In this document: one piece after another, positions 9,295-17,189 of the stretch
Layout: every line of letters begins with the position of its first letter
How positions within the stretch are numbered: position 1 is the stretch's first letter
From: Promethearchaeota archaeon
GTDB lineage: Archaea; Asgardarchaeota; Hermodarchaeia; Hermodarchaeales; Hermodarchaeaceae
NCBI GenBank assembly: GCA_048938295.1
Contig: JBHLMI010000027.1
Location: forward strand, 15,427 to 35,426
Direction: 5' to 3'
DNA length: 20,000 bases
Notes under the pieces: model-generated
What the model was told of the DNA's origin: nothing
The model's input: only the letters and a program-made list of their open reading frames with translations
The model's database searches: none
Made by a program: the position numbers and the translations under genes

Positions 9295-9948
9295 CTATGC
9301 GTTTGCTTTTCGCTCTAGCATTGCTTTGACGCGTTTCATCCGAAACAGGTCTTCTCTTTCCTGTTCTTCTAACATCAACTCGATATATCGAATTGTGTTA
9401 TTAATTCGTGGAAGAACCACATAATTAAGCGCATTAACACGGCGTTTCGTTTTCTCAATTTCCGATGCGAGTCGTTTAACTGTTGCTTCAATCTCCGCGA
9501 GTCGTACAACTTTATCTAACGCCAATCGTACCTTTTGGGCAGCTTTATCGACCGTAGCAGAAGTTCCTGCCAGACTGTAATGTAGCTGAACTGATTCTTC
9601 GTGCTCTGTGATTCTAAAAATTGGAACAGTAACTCCCATCGTATTCCGTGTTTCAACTTCAAAATCAAGTGGACTCTTTGCTCCCAAGGCTAGTTCTTCG
9701 AGTTTTGTTCCGCCTTCAACTAACTTGGCGTTCAGTAATGAAATATAAGCTTCAGCAAGGGTTGATTCCATTTCTTCTCTGAATTTTTTTGCTTCTGATA
9801 GAATTGTAAAGAATTCACGAACAAGTGCGTCTTGCTTCTCTCGGAGCAGTTCATAACCTCGAGCAGCTAGTTCCCTGCGTTCTTTGAGCGCGAGTAATTC
9901 CATCCGTGTCGGGCGAACTCCTGCGATGATTCCTGCCGATTCAGACAC
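9295..9948 (-). CDS. atpD: A/V-type ATP synthase subunit D
   Basis: GVRPTRMELLALKERRELAARGYELLREKQDAL and RRVNALNYVVLPRINNTIRYIELMLEEQEREDLFRMKRVK. Confidence 0.94.
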   Translation of the reverse strand: MSESAGIIAGVRPTRMELLALKERRELAARGYELLREKQDALVREFFTILSEAKKFREEMESTLAEAYISLLNAKLVEGGTKLEELALGAKSPLDFEVETRNTMGVTVPIFRITEHEESVQLHYSLAGTSATVDKAAQKVRLALDKVVRLAEIEATVKRLASEIEKTKRRVNALNYVVLPRINNTIRYIELMLEEQEREDLFRMKRVKAMLERKANA

Positions 9949-9957
9949 AGTAATCCC

Positions 9958-10245
9958 TCAAGGAAGTAAAGCGTACACTCCTACGACCCAAATAAGAATC
10001 GCTGCCACGACAATAAGCCATTCGACCAACAATCTTCGGGTTCTCTCAGGATTATCGCTCATAAGGCCTGTTATGCCGAAACACAGACCACAAATAAGCA
10101 GATAGGAAAGGAGAATTATTGCTGATGCTTGATCCCATGGAATATCCAGGACCAGGTTCGTAATGGCAACGAAACCTGCAGCTAACAGGAAGATAATGCC
10201 AAGAACCTGTAGGATTCGAATGAGCTTCATATTTGTTTCGGCCAC
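9958..10245 (-). CDS. Small membrane protein of unknown function, upstream of atpD
   Basis: Three hydrophobic segments, ATG start, abuts the atpD start. Confidence 0.6.
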   Translation of the reverse strand: MAETNMKLIRILQVLGIIFLLAAGFVAITNLVLDIPWDQASAIILLSYLLICGLCFGITGLMSDNPERTRRLLVEWLIVVAAILIWVVGVYALLP

Positions 10246-10381
10246 AACAGCACGCTCGTTACTATGATAAGGTAAAGCGAAAATGCGGGTGCTCGATATT
10301 TAACTTTGTCGGACGGAAACCTCTTCATGCTTGTAAGAGAATAATTATGGGGTTTATAGAATCTTTTGTAAAACTTCTATG

Positions 10382-10607
10382 TATGCCCGACTGGAGCATT
10401 ATTCACCAGTCATTAGGCGGCAGGGCTGCATCTCCGTGCATGAGGCCCCCTCCGGCGTAGCAAGAAATTCCCCTGCAGAAGAGGCAGGCGTGAGGCGGAG
10501 AAGCGTGAGAACCTGGAAAGTTTCGGGCAAAACGCCCCTTGGCGACGAGTGTACCTAGAAGGAAAAGCCCGAAGCCCAATCTGACAGGAAAGGGAGGATG
10601 TCGCGCA
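10382..10607 (+). ncRNA. Candidate structured non-coding RNA of unknown family
   Basis: GC-rich block in an AT-richer intergenic region. Termini pair (ATGCCCGAC with GTCGCGCAT, one mismatch). Internal helices GACTGG/CCAGTC, TGCA/TGCA, GGGC/GCCC and TTCGGGC/GCCCGAA. TATA-like TTTATA at about 10355-10360. Strand inferred from the TATA position. Confidence 0.5.
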
Positions 10608-10634
10608 TTGCTGACTCTACAAATTTGTTTGTCA

Positions 10635-11928
10635 TCACAATTCATCGAAAGTGTGGATGCGCATTTTCGCCGGTTTCTTTACAATGTTGCCAACTCGCAC
10701 CCCAATAATTAATTCGACGCCACGATCTTCGGCAATATCAATGAGGCGTTGTGTGATAACGCCATCTAAGATAAGCACTTTAGCTTTATCGAGTTCTTGC
10801 AAATCGTTAGCCAGTTCACCCACGTGGGTTTCCTTTAACTGTTTAAACTTCTCATCTATGATGACTGCCATCATCGTCTGTTGAATCTTTTGAGCAGAAT
10901 CAAGCACCGGCTTTGGGATTCCCAAATCCTTCATCTTTGGCTCTGGTTTTCTTTCAGCTGTCATTCGTGTGCTAGAGGCAGTACGCGTGGGTGTTCGCCG
11001 CTGTTTCTTTGCCTTCTCAGGAGTTCGACGTGTACGTTTCTTCTCCTTCGGTTTCGCTTTTACTGGTGCTTTTCCTAATACCTGCTCTGCTGGAATCTTA
11101 TTACGTAGGGCTTTAGTAATCTCTTTGTGAGTGAGCTCCTCTACTTCTCTACCAGTAGGTGCTCTAGCCACATAATCAACCTTGATGGTCTGTGCAAGTT
11201 CTTTTAGAATTAAATCTCCACCGCGATCACCATCGAGAAATGCAATCACACTTTTATCCTTGGCAATGTCAGCGATAGATTTAGGAATCGATGTCCCCTC
11301 AACTGCAACAGCATTCTTGACACCAGATCTCAACAGGGCTAAGACATCCGCTCGGCCCTCTACAATGATAATGATCTTTGATGTCTCTACCTCTGGTCCC
11401 GCAGGAAGTCTTTCTTTACCAAATTTGATAATCTCTGCAGTTCTTGCCTGTTGAAGAACCGTATCTGTCATTTCCTGAGAATCCGGAGAGATTTCCCCTT
11501 CCCAGTCCCGTAGCAAATCTACTGCACGATTCACAATTTGTTGCCGCTTTTCTTCGCGGACATCCTCGAGTTTTTCAAGGGTTATTTTAGCTGCACAGGG
11601 GCCAACTCTGTCCACTGTTTCCATCGCGGCTGCAAGGATTGCTGTTTCAGTCCGATCTAGACTACAGGGGATAGTGATGGTGCCCTTTGATTTTCCACTC
11701 TCAGTGTGAAGCTCGACTTTTATTCGACCAATCCGCCCCGATTGTTGTAATTCTCTTAGATCTAAATCTTCACCGATTACCCCTTCACATCGCTGATATG
11801 AAGTGTAGGCCCTCTGTTTGACCGAAGAGAGCACCTACGACATCGGGGGTCTCAACTACTCCATCTATCTCGATTTTACCATGAATACAATACTTCGTAG
11901 TACCAGTACCTTCTGCATTTGCTCCCAT
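10635..11928 (-). CDS. dnaG: Archaeal DnaG primase-like protein; two exons split by a 28-nt BHB-like intron
   Basis: Exon 2: [21 protein letters not shown], Toprim IVEGRADV...[10 protein letters not shown]. Exon 1 in another frame: [41 protein letters not shown]. Joined across 11777-11804. Confidence 0.88.
11777..11804 (-). other. 28-nt BHB-like intron in dnaG mRNA
   Basis: GCCU-AC^A-CUUCA-(UAUCAGCGAUG)-UGAAG-GGGU-AA^U. Excision joins CAAACAGAGGGCCTAC to TCGGTGAAGATTTAGAT = QTEGLLGEDLD. Confidence 0.8.
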
Positions 11929-12064
11929 AATCGTCACCTTGTGAAATGATTTATGATATGTCAGTGTGGGCGTGTGATATTGAGAACGCCACTTTGAAGT
12001 GATGTGTGATGATGCTTAGGTAATTTGGTAATTGTGATACAGCTAGCCTCATGAATGAGCCACA

Positions 12065-12484
12065 TTAAAATTTTGTGCCTTTCGAAGTTTTCTCGATTCG
12101 TTTCAGTCCCTCAATTACCCTCACACGCCAACAAAACGCTCGCCTTAGCTGGTACCGTTCTCGATGAAGGATTGACACGCCCCGCCCTTCTAATTGCTCA
12201 GTTAGTCGTCTTGTCAATTGCCCTCCCCGTCGATCAAAATCAAATAGGATGAGTAAACGAGGAATATTAGCCAATTCATCAGCTAAACTAATGATACTGT
12301 GACCCGCAAGCATGTAAATAGGTCCACTCAAGCCTAATCCCCGTAATGCGGTGATATCTTTAATCCCCTCTACTACTATTGTTATACCCTCTTCTGAGAG
12401 GTTATTTAAGAGCTGAAGGCCTTTTACAAAACGCTCTTCCAGTCGTTCCTGGTTAGTTTGAGTCGCTTCGCGTTGTGGGCACAT
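12065..12484 (-). CDS. Small Toprim-domain protein (UPF0292-like)
   Basis: GITIVVEGIKDITALRGLGLSGPIY...LILFDFDRRGGQLTRRL. Confidence 0.82.
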   Translation of the reverse strand: MCPQREATQTNQERLEERFVKGLQLLNNLSEEGITIVVEGIKDITALRGLGLSGPIYMLAGHSIISLADELANIPRLLILFDFDRRGGQLTRRLTEQLEGRGVSILHRERYQLRRAFCWRVRVIEGLKRIEKTSKGTKF

Positions 12485-12616
12485 GATAATTCGCCAAAAC
12501 TACTTACCAGGGTCACTGTGCTAGCTGGCTCTTATATTTCTCTGGTAATGGACTGTAAGTATCGGTGTACTTTTATATCACACAGAATATGCCCGAAGGG
12601 TAATGGTGTATTATTT

Positions 12617-13714
12617 GTGAACAGCCTTCCACCTAGCGTAATAAAGATTGCACAGCATACCCAAGAAGTGCTAACCATAGAGGACTTAGTTGCTGCCTTT
12701 GCACGGCAAGAAAAACCTCGTGGATATATTGGTGTTGAACCCAGTGGATTATTTCATGTGGGATGGCTCGGGTGGGTCCAAAAGCTCAATGAACTGGTGG
12801 ATATGGGTGTGCGCATGGAAATTCTCCTCGCTACTTGGCATGCTCAAGTAAACGACAAATTTGGAGGCAGTATTGAAAAAATTAGACGTTGTGCTGAATA
12901 CCTACGTCACTGCTTTGTCGCATTAAAAGTAGATACTACCAAAGTACACATCATAACCGCAGAAGACTTAATGCGTCGCCTTGAATACTGGGAAAGAATT
13001 CTGCGAGTGGCCAAGAATCTCACTCTCGCTCGAGTACGCCGATCGACTGACATAATGGGTCGAACTGAGGAGGAAGCCGCTATTGACTTCTCTAAGCTCA
13101 TCTATCCGCTCTTACAGGTAACGGATATCATAGATCAACAATACCAAATCTGTCTTTCTGGGATGGATCAGCGTCGTGCACATGTGCTAGCCCGCGAAGT
13201 GGCCGATAAGATGAAACTAGGGTGGAAACCTATAGGCATTCATATGCCCCTTCTTCTCGGGCTCACTGGAGCTGCTCGGATGGACGTCTCCTCCGAGTTC
13301 ACAGCGCAAGACTTGTCTATAGAAATCAAGATGTCAAAATCAAAACCTGGCGATGCCATTTTCATTCATGACCCGCCTCGAGTAATCAGAAGGAAAATCA
13401 AGAATGCTTACTGTCCTGCAGGAGAAGTGGAAAATAATCCAATACTCAATTACGTTCGAAATATCCTGTTTATGCAAGATGGCTATACTCTACACATAGA
13501 GCGAGCCGAGAAATATGGTGGGCCATTAAGTCTTACGAGCGCTGATGAACTCGAATCACTGTATGCTGCAGGAGCCATTCATCCATTGGATTTGAAAGAG
13601 GCAGCAGCTAAGGCTCTTTGCGATTTTCTTGAACCGATAAGGAAATACTTCGAAGATAATCCTGAGGCAAAGAAACTCTATGAAGAAATCACGGAATTCC
13701 AGGTAACCCGATAA
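12617..13714 (+). CDS. tyrS: Tyrosyl-tRNA synthetase (archaeal/eukaryal type)
   Basis: YIGVEPSGLFHVGWLGWVQKL (HIGH region), GMDQRRAHVLAREVA, KMSKSKPGDAIF, AYCPAGEVENNPIL. Supplied ORF opens at 12458. GTG 12617 is preferred because it follows a TATA-like TTTTATAT at about 12568-12577. Confidence 0.88.
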   Translation: MNSLPPSVIKIAQHTQEVLTIEDLVAAFARQEKPRGYIGVEPSGLFHVGWLGWVQKLNELVDMGVRMEILLATWHAQVNDKFGGSIEKIRRCAEYLRHCFVALKVDTTKVHIITAEDLMRRLEYWERILRVAKNLTLARVRRSTDIMGRTEEEAAIDFSKLIYPLLQVTDIIDQQYQICLSGMDQRRAHVLAREVADKMKLGWKPIGIHMPLLLGLTGAARMDVSSEFTAQDLSIEIKMSKSKPGDAIFIHDPPRVIRRKIKNAYCPAGEVENNPILNYVRNILFMQDGYTLHIERAEKYGGPLSLTSADELESLYAAGAIHPLDLKEAAAKALCDFLEPIRKYFEDNPEAKKLYEEITEFQVTR

Positions 13715-13723
13715 ATCCTGAGG

Positions 13724-14587
13724 TTACCTGCTGTTTAGTTGGATATCAAGAACGAAGTGATTGTACCTAGGATTATAGGTCTTTATCATTCGTGTATTAA
13801 CAAGCTTCACTTGTCGCTTCATCGTCAATGCCATCTTCTGTAATTGTGAAAGCAGCTTTGATTCCATATCTTCTTTAGGACCAATTTCATGGATGTGCAT
13901 CATACCTCCAGAACGAAGGCATTGTATTCCTTGTTCGAGATACTGACTAGTGCCTTGAATTAAACCCATGATGACCCGATCTGCTTGGCCTTTGCCTATT
14001 CGTGGGGCGAGTTGACGGGCATCTCCAAAATGTGGCTGGATCAATTGGGAGACATTGTTTGATTGGATGTTTTGTTCAAGATAATGGAAGGCATCAGGGT
14101 TCCACTCAATTGCATGAATGGCTTTGGGTTTTGCGTGCACAGCCATGGGAAGAGATAGGTACCCTATCCCGGCAAACATGTCAATGACAAACTCATCAGT
14201 TCCCAGCCTGCTCATGCGTAGCCGTTCTGCCTTATTTCCAAAGGAAAACATGACTTTCACTGGATCTAAATGGAAAATCACTTTGTTTTCTCGAAAGACT
14301 GTCTCAGTTTCAGGTGATCCAGCAATCAATTCCACTGAAGGTTTCCGGTAGGGACCCGTAATTGCAGCTGTTCGCCGTAGGACGGATCGAATTTTAGTAC
14401 TATATCCTAGCGTAGCGTCTCCAATCAACTCCTTGTATTGCACAATTAGTGGGTCTAGCCACAAGATGGCTACATGGCCCAGTATTCGAAGCCGTCGAGG
14501 TAGGAGTCCAGGAGGTATCTGGTCTCCCAGCTGGGTTTTGAGGAAGTGATAGAAAGTTGTGCGGTGCCGATGGGTTATTTTCTTCAC
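13724..14587 (-). CDS. Trm5/TYW2-type class I methyltransferase fold enzyme, closest in motif to Taw2 (wyosine aminocarboxypropyltransferase)
   Basis: FVIDMFAGIGYLSLPMAVHAKPKAIHAIEWNPDAFHYLEQNIQSNNV, DRVIMGLIQGT, MMHIHE. Confidence 0.8.
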   Translation of the reverse strand: MKKITHRHRTTFYHFLKTQLGDQIPPGLLPRRLRILGHVAILWLDPLIVQYKELIGDATLGYSTKIRSVLRRTAAITGPYRKPSVELIAGSPETETVFRENKVIFHLDPVKVMFSFGNKAERLRMSRLGTDEFVIDMFAGIGYLSLPMAVHAKPKAIHAIEWNPDAFHYLEQNIQSNNVSQLIQPHFGDARQLAPRIGKGQADRVIMGLIQGTSQYLEQGIQCLRSGGMMHIHEIGPKEDMESKLLSQLQKMALTMKRQVKLVNTRMIKTYNPRYNHFVLDIQLNSR

Positions 14588-14615
14588 CTGAATGATTATA
14601 ATCTAAAGAAGTGAT

Positions 14616-14736
14616 GGGTCGCTTCTGCTCTGCTGACCGATACACTAACGCCCCATCATCATCGGTGGGCAGAGCGCCTTTATTCCTCCGACGGGTCCTC
14701 TCTTAATATGTCGGGCATTATGAGCCTATGCGACCC
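14616..14736. ncRNA. Candidate structured RNA (branched, closed by a 7-bp helix); strand unresolved
   Basis: GGGTCGC(14616-14622)/GCGACCC(14730-14736); GCTCTGC(14627-14633)/GCAGAGC(14669-14675); ACCGAT(14636-14641)/ATCGGT(14661-14666); CCGAC(14688-14692)/GTCGG(14710-14714). Confidence 0.45.
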
Positions 14737-14967
14737 GGCGTTGAAGTGTGGACATCGTGGGTTGCCCCCGCAGTCACCTCATGACGACACGTCATAAATC
14801 ATGCAGGAGCCTGTCACATGCCGCATAACCCTCAACGCTGCTCCAGTGTTGCCACAAATTTGCACGAATCATCATCAGATTGTAGTCTTCGGATTCGTCC
14901 TCGTTGGTGGCTATTATCCTTTCATTGCCTACAAACAAACGTAAACGGTTCCTCAAAAAAGCTTCCA

Positions 14968-15540
14968 CTATTGACTTGGAACACCATGGTAGATAATCCG
15001 TCCATCTCGATCAATCTGCCCCGCTCGGATGCGTGTGGATGAAATTGAGATCTGGTCTTCCGCTTTAACCATGGTCAGAACGGCGATGTGTAAAAGAGAC
15101 AGCTTGTACTCGCGGCGTATTTCATTGATTTCTTTTGCGACTGGGCAAGTTTCTTCACTGACAACAATCAGTTCGAGCTCCGGCATCGTGATGGCAGGTC
15201 CGTATTTGTTGTGAAGTGGTCGAATAATATAACGTCCACTATACCCTTCGCTTTCTAACCATTTTTCTAGTTCCTCTTTGCGCTCGTCATAACTGGCGAT
15301 TATTTCCCAATCAGGCTTATGCATGACCATATCCTGTGTGGTTAACCCAATAAGCACCTGCTTGCCCAACTCGAAGGCCCTGCGAAGTAGTGTTTTGTGT
15401 CCCTTATGTAGACGGTCGAAGGTTCCACCGATGGCTGCCCATTCATATGGCACTTCAGACACGATGCAGTCCTCATGTCTTGCTTTTATATTCTGTTGAA
15501 AAAGCTTTACCACAAGCCAAAATTTGATTGCTGATGGCAA
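14968..15540 (-). CDS. coaD: Archaeal-type phosphopantetheine adenylyltransferase
   Basis: AAIGGTFDRLHKGHKTLLRRAFELG nucleotidyltransferase motif, VVSEET, ISSTRIRAGQID. The true start may be internal, near VPYEW. Confidence 0.88.
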   Translation of the reverse strand: MPSAIKFWLVVKLFQQNIKARHEDCIVSEVPYEWAAIGGTFDRLHKGHKTLLRRAFELGKQVLIGLTTQDMVMHKPDWEIIASYDERKEELEKWLESEGYSGRYIIRPLHNKYGPAITMPELELIVVSEETCPVAKEINEIRREYKLSLLHIAVLTMVKAEDQISISSTRIRAGQIDRDGRIIYHGVPSQ

Positions 15541-15542
15541 TG

Positions 15543-16646
15543 CTACCCGATGCCGATGGTGTTGCCGATGCCTGCGATGATGATGGTGTCACCCTTCGTT
15601 GTCCGCAAACGGACTGCATTTTTCATCCGTTCAACAGCTTTAGGAACTGCGTCAACGAGAGATTTCTTCATCGGTGCAAGCGCATCTTCTAATGACTCTT
15701 TGATGACAATCGCGTCGATGGGGATTTTGTACTTGACAGCAGGATCCTCCATCTTGAATTTCTCAGGTCCTGGATCGCCAATTGCGGCACCAACGCCTTC
15801 AATCACTTGTCCAGTGTCTTCCCCTTCAAGTTTTAGTCCGGCATCAACGGTGATGATACGGGCAATTTTTCCTTTTTTGCGTTCAACTACTTTCTTTATG
15901 CCCTCACCGGGCTTACCAACTTGGCTTCCGAATCCCTTTGCACGGACAAACCATAAGGTCCGTCCTTCAAATTCACCGGAAAAAGCAACCGTGTGTTCTG
16001 CAATTTCTTCGGGCTCTCCTGCCTTGATTTCTCGAGCGAAGTGAGTAACTGCAAGGGGACCCATGCCATCACCTATGGGTTTGCCATCGGCAAAAGCGCG
16101 GGTAGCCTCAAAGTACGCTTTAGCCATCTGAATAATCATGGGTAATTGCATCTGAAGCTGCATAGTATAGTAGATGCTTTTGGTCTTCTTACCCAAAAGC
16201 AAGAAATGACGGACAACCCGATACACGTAATGAAGGGACATAGCTCCTGAAAGCACAGCTTCGGCGTTTGCCTGTTGTTCTGGGGTAGCCTTTGGGATGA
16301 CCCGTGCAACATGCTCCTCATACCGTGTTGTTCTGACATCAAGGACATGCTCCAATCGCTGCAATACACCCGCCGGGTCCAGGTTGACAGGTTCAATGAT
16401 GAAAAATTCCATGAAATCATCGACGGTTGACTTGAGGTCTTTTTCTTCAATCTTCAAATCCTTGAAGGTCTTGGTGGCAATATTCTTGCCCTGTGTTGCT
16501 AAGACTTCAAGCTGTCTCAAGCCCGCTTCTGCTTGTCGCTGCCAAATGTAGGATTGTAGTCTGGTTCCATACAGATAGATGAACATGAAAAAGACCAGAA
16601 AGATGATCTGGAAAATCCAATTGAAATCAGCAAATTGCAACATCAT
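15543..16646 (-). CDS. DUF1512 family membrane-anchored protein
   Basis: N-terminal TM, YVYRVVRHFLLLGKKTKS, VTVDAGLKLEGE-type segment, GAAIGDPGPEKFKMED. Confidence 0.82.
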   Translation of the reverse strand: MMLQFADFNWIFQIIFLVFFMFIYLYGTRLQSYIWQRQAEAGLRQLEVLATQGKNIATKTFKDLKIEEKDLKSTVDDFMEFFIIEPVNLDPAGVLQRLEHVLDVRTTRYEEHVARVIPKATPEQQANAEAVLSGAMSLHYVYRVVRHFLLLGKKTKSIYYTMQLQMQLPMIIQMAKAYFEATRAFADGKPIGDGMGPLAVTHFAREIKAGEPEEIAEHTVAFSGEFEGRTLWFVRAKGFGSQVGKPGEGIKKVVERKKGKIARIITVDAGLKLEGEDTGQVIEGVGAAIGDPGPEKFKMEDPAVKYKIPIDAIVIKESLEDALAPMKKSLVDAVPKAVERMKNAVRLRTTKGDTIIIAGIGNTIGIG

Positions 16647-16748
16647 TTGTCACAGGATTCTGGCTAATGCCGGAACGGAATCAAGGCAAAATAAAAACCT
16701 TTGCTTACAGTCAACCCTCCACTCCTAGCATAAAGAAAGGAAAAGAAG

Positions 16749-16867
16749 TGGCGCAGTTCACGCTTTTCCCGACACCTCGCGGATATCAGTACTCAGAGCG
16801 ACGAAACCGGCTTAACTTCCGGGATCTGACGAGACCGGGTGTGACCCAGCTTCTATGACCGCGCCAC
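16749..16867 (-). rRNA. 5S ribosomal RNA
   Basis: Minus strand: GTGGCGC...ACACCCGGTCTCGTCAGATCCCGGAAGTTAAGCCGGTTTCG...GCGCCAC. 119 nt with helix I GTGGCGC/GCGCCAC. Confidence 0.93.
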
Positions 16868-16923
16868 CCAGCAGGATTCATCCTTGCCTTAAAAATGTTG
16901 TGAACTCCTCTCACCGAAAAAAC

Positions 16924-17059
16924 TGGTGGGCCGGCCGAGATTCGAACTCGGGACCACGAGGTCCCAAACCTTGCGAGAAAAACAGAACCCGTTTTCCTTC
17001 TCGCATCATACCGCTCTAGTCCAGCACATATTGTAACTGGATAACTAGACTACCGGCCC
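16924..17059 (-). tRNA. tRNA-Pro(TGG) with two non-canonical BHB introns (17014-17042 and 16970-16999), CCA encoded
   Basis: GGGCCGG/CCGGCCC acceptor; spliced anticodon arm CGAGG-TTTGGGA-CCTCG; T-arm CCGAG-TTCGAAT-CTCGG. 136 nt minus 59 nt of introns = 77 nt. Confidence 0.92.
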
Positions 17060-17189
17060 GATGCGCGTAAAGGAACAGACGGGTACTTGATAAATCTTAT
17101 CTAGAAACTTCTTGCTACAATCTACTTTCAATTATACCAGGGTCTCTGCAGAAAATAAAACCCGGTTTTATTATTTTCTACCTGAGTGA

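Noticed and set aside
10500-10607. RNase P RNA identity for the 10.4-10.6 kb structured RNA
   Set aside because: GGAAAGTTTCGGGC resembles CR-I, but the distal pairing partner and CR-IV/CR-V elements are not recognisable in the expected order; left unassigned.
10403-10645. ORF of 80 aa overlapping the GC-rich intergenic block
   Set aside because: Cys/Pro/Gly-rich composition from structured GC-rich RNA; no domain; overlaps the dnaG 3' end.
12458-12616. Long N-terminal extension of TyrRS (MSRFALWAHDNSPKLL...)
   Set aside because: Overlaps the divergent Toprim gene start and precedes a TATA-like box; a GTG start at 12617 fits better.
12907-13101. Minus-strand ORF of 64 aa and similar short ORFs nested in larger genes
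   Set aside because: Shadow ORFs inside well-supported coding sequences with no recognisable domains.
16667-16858. ORF of 63 aa on the plus strand
   Set aside because: Antisense to 5S rRNA.
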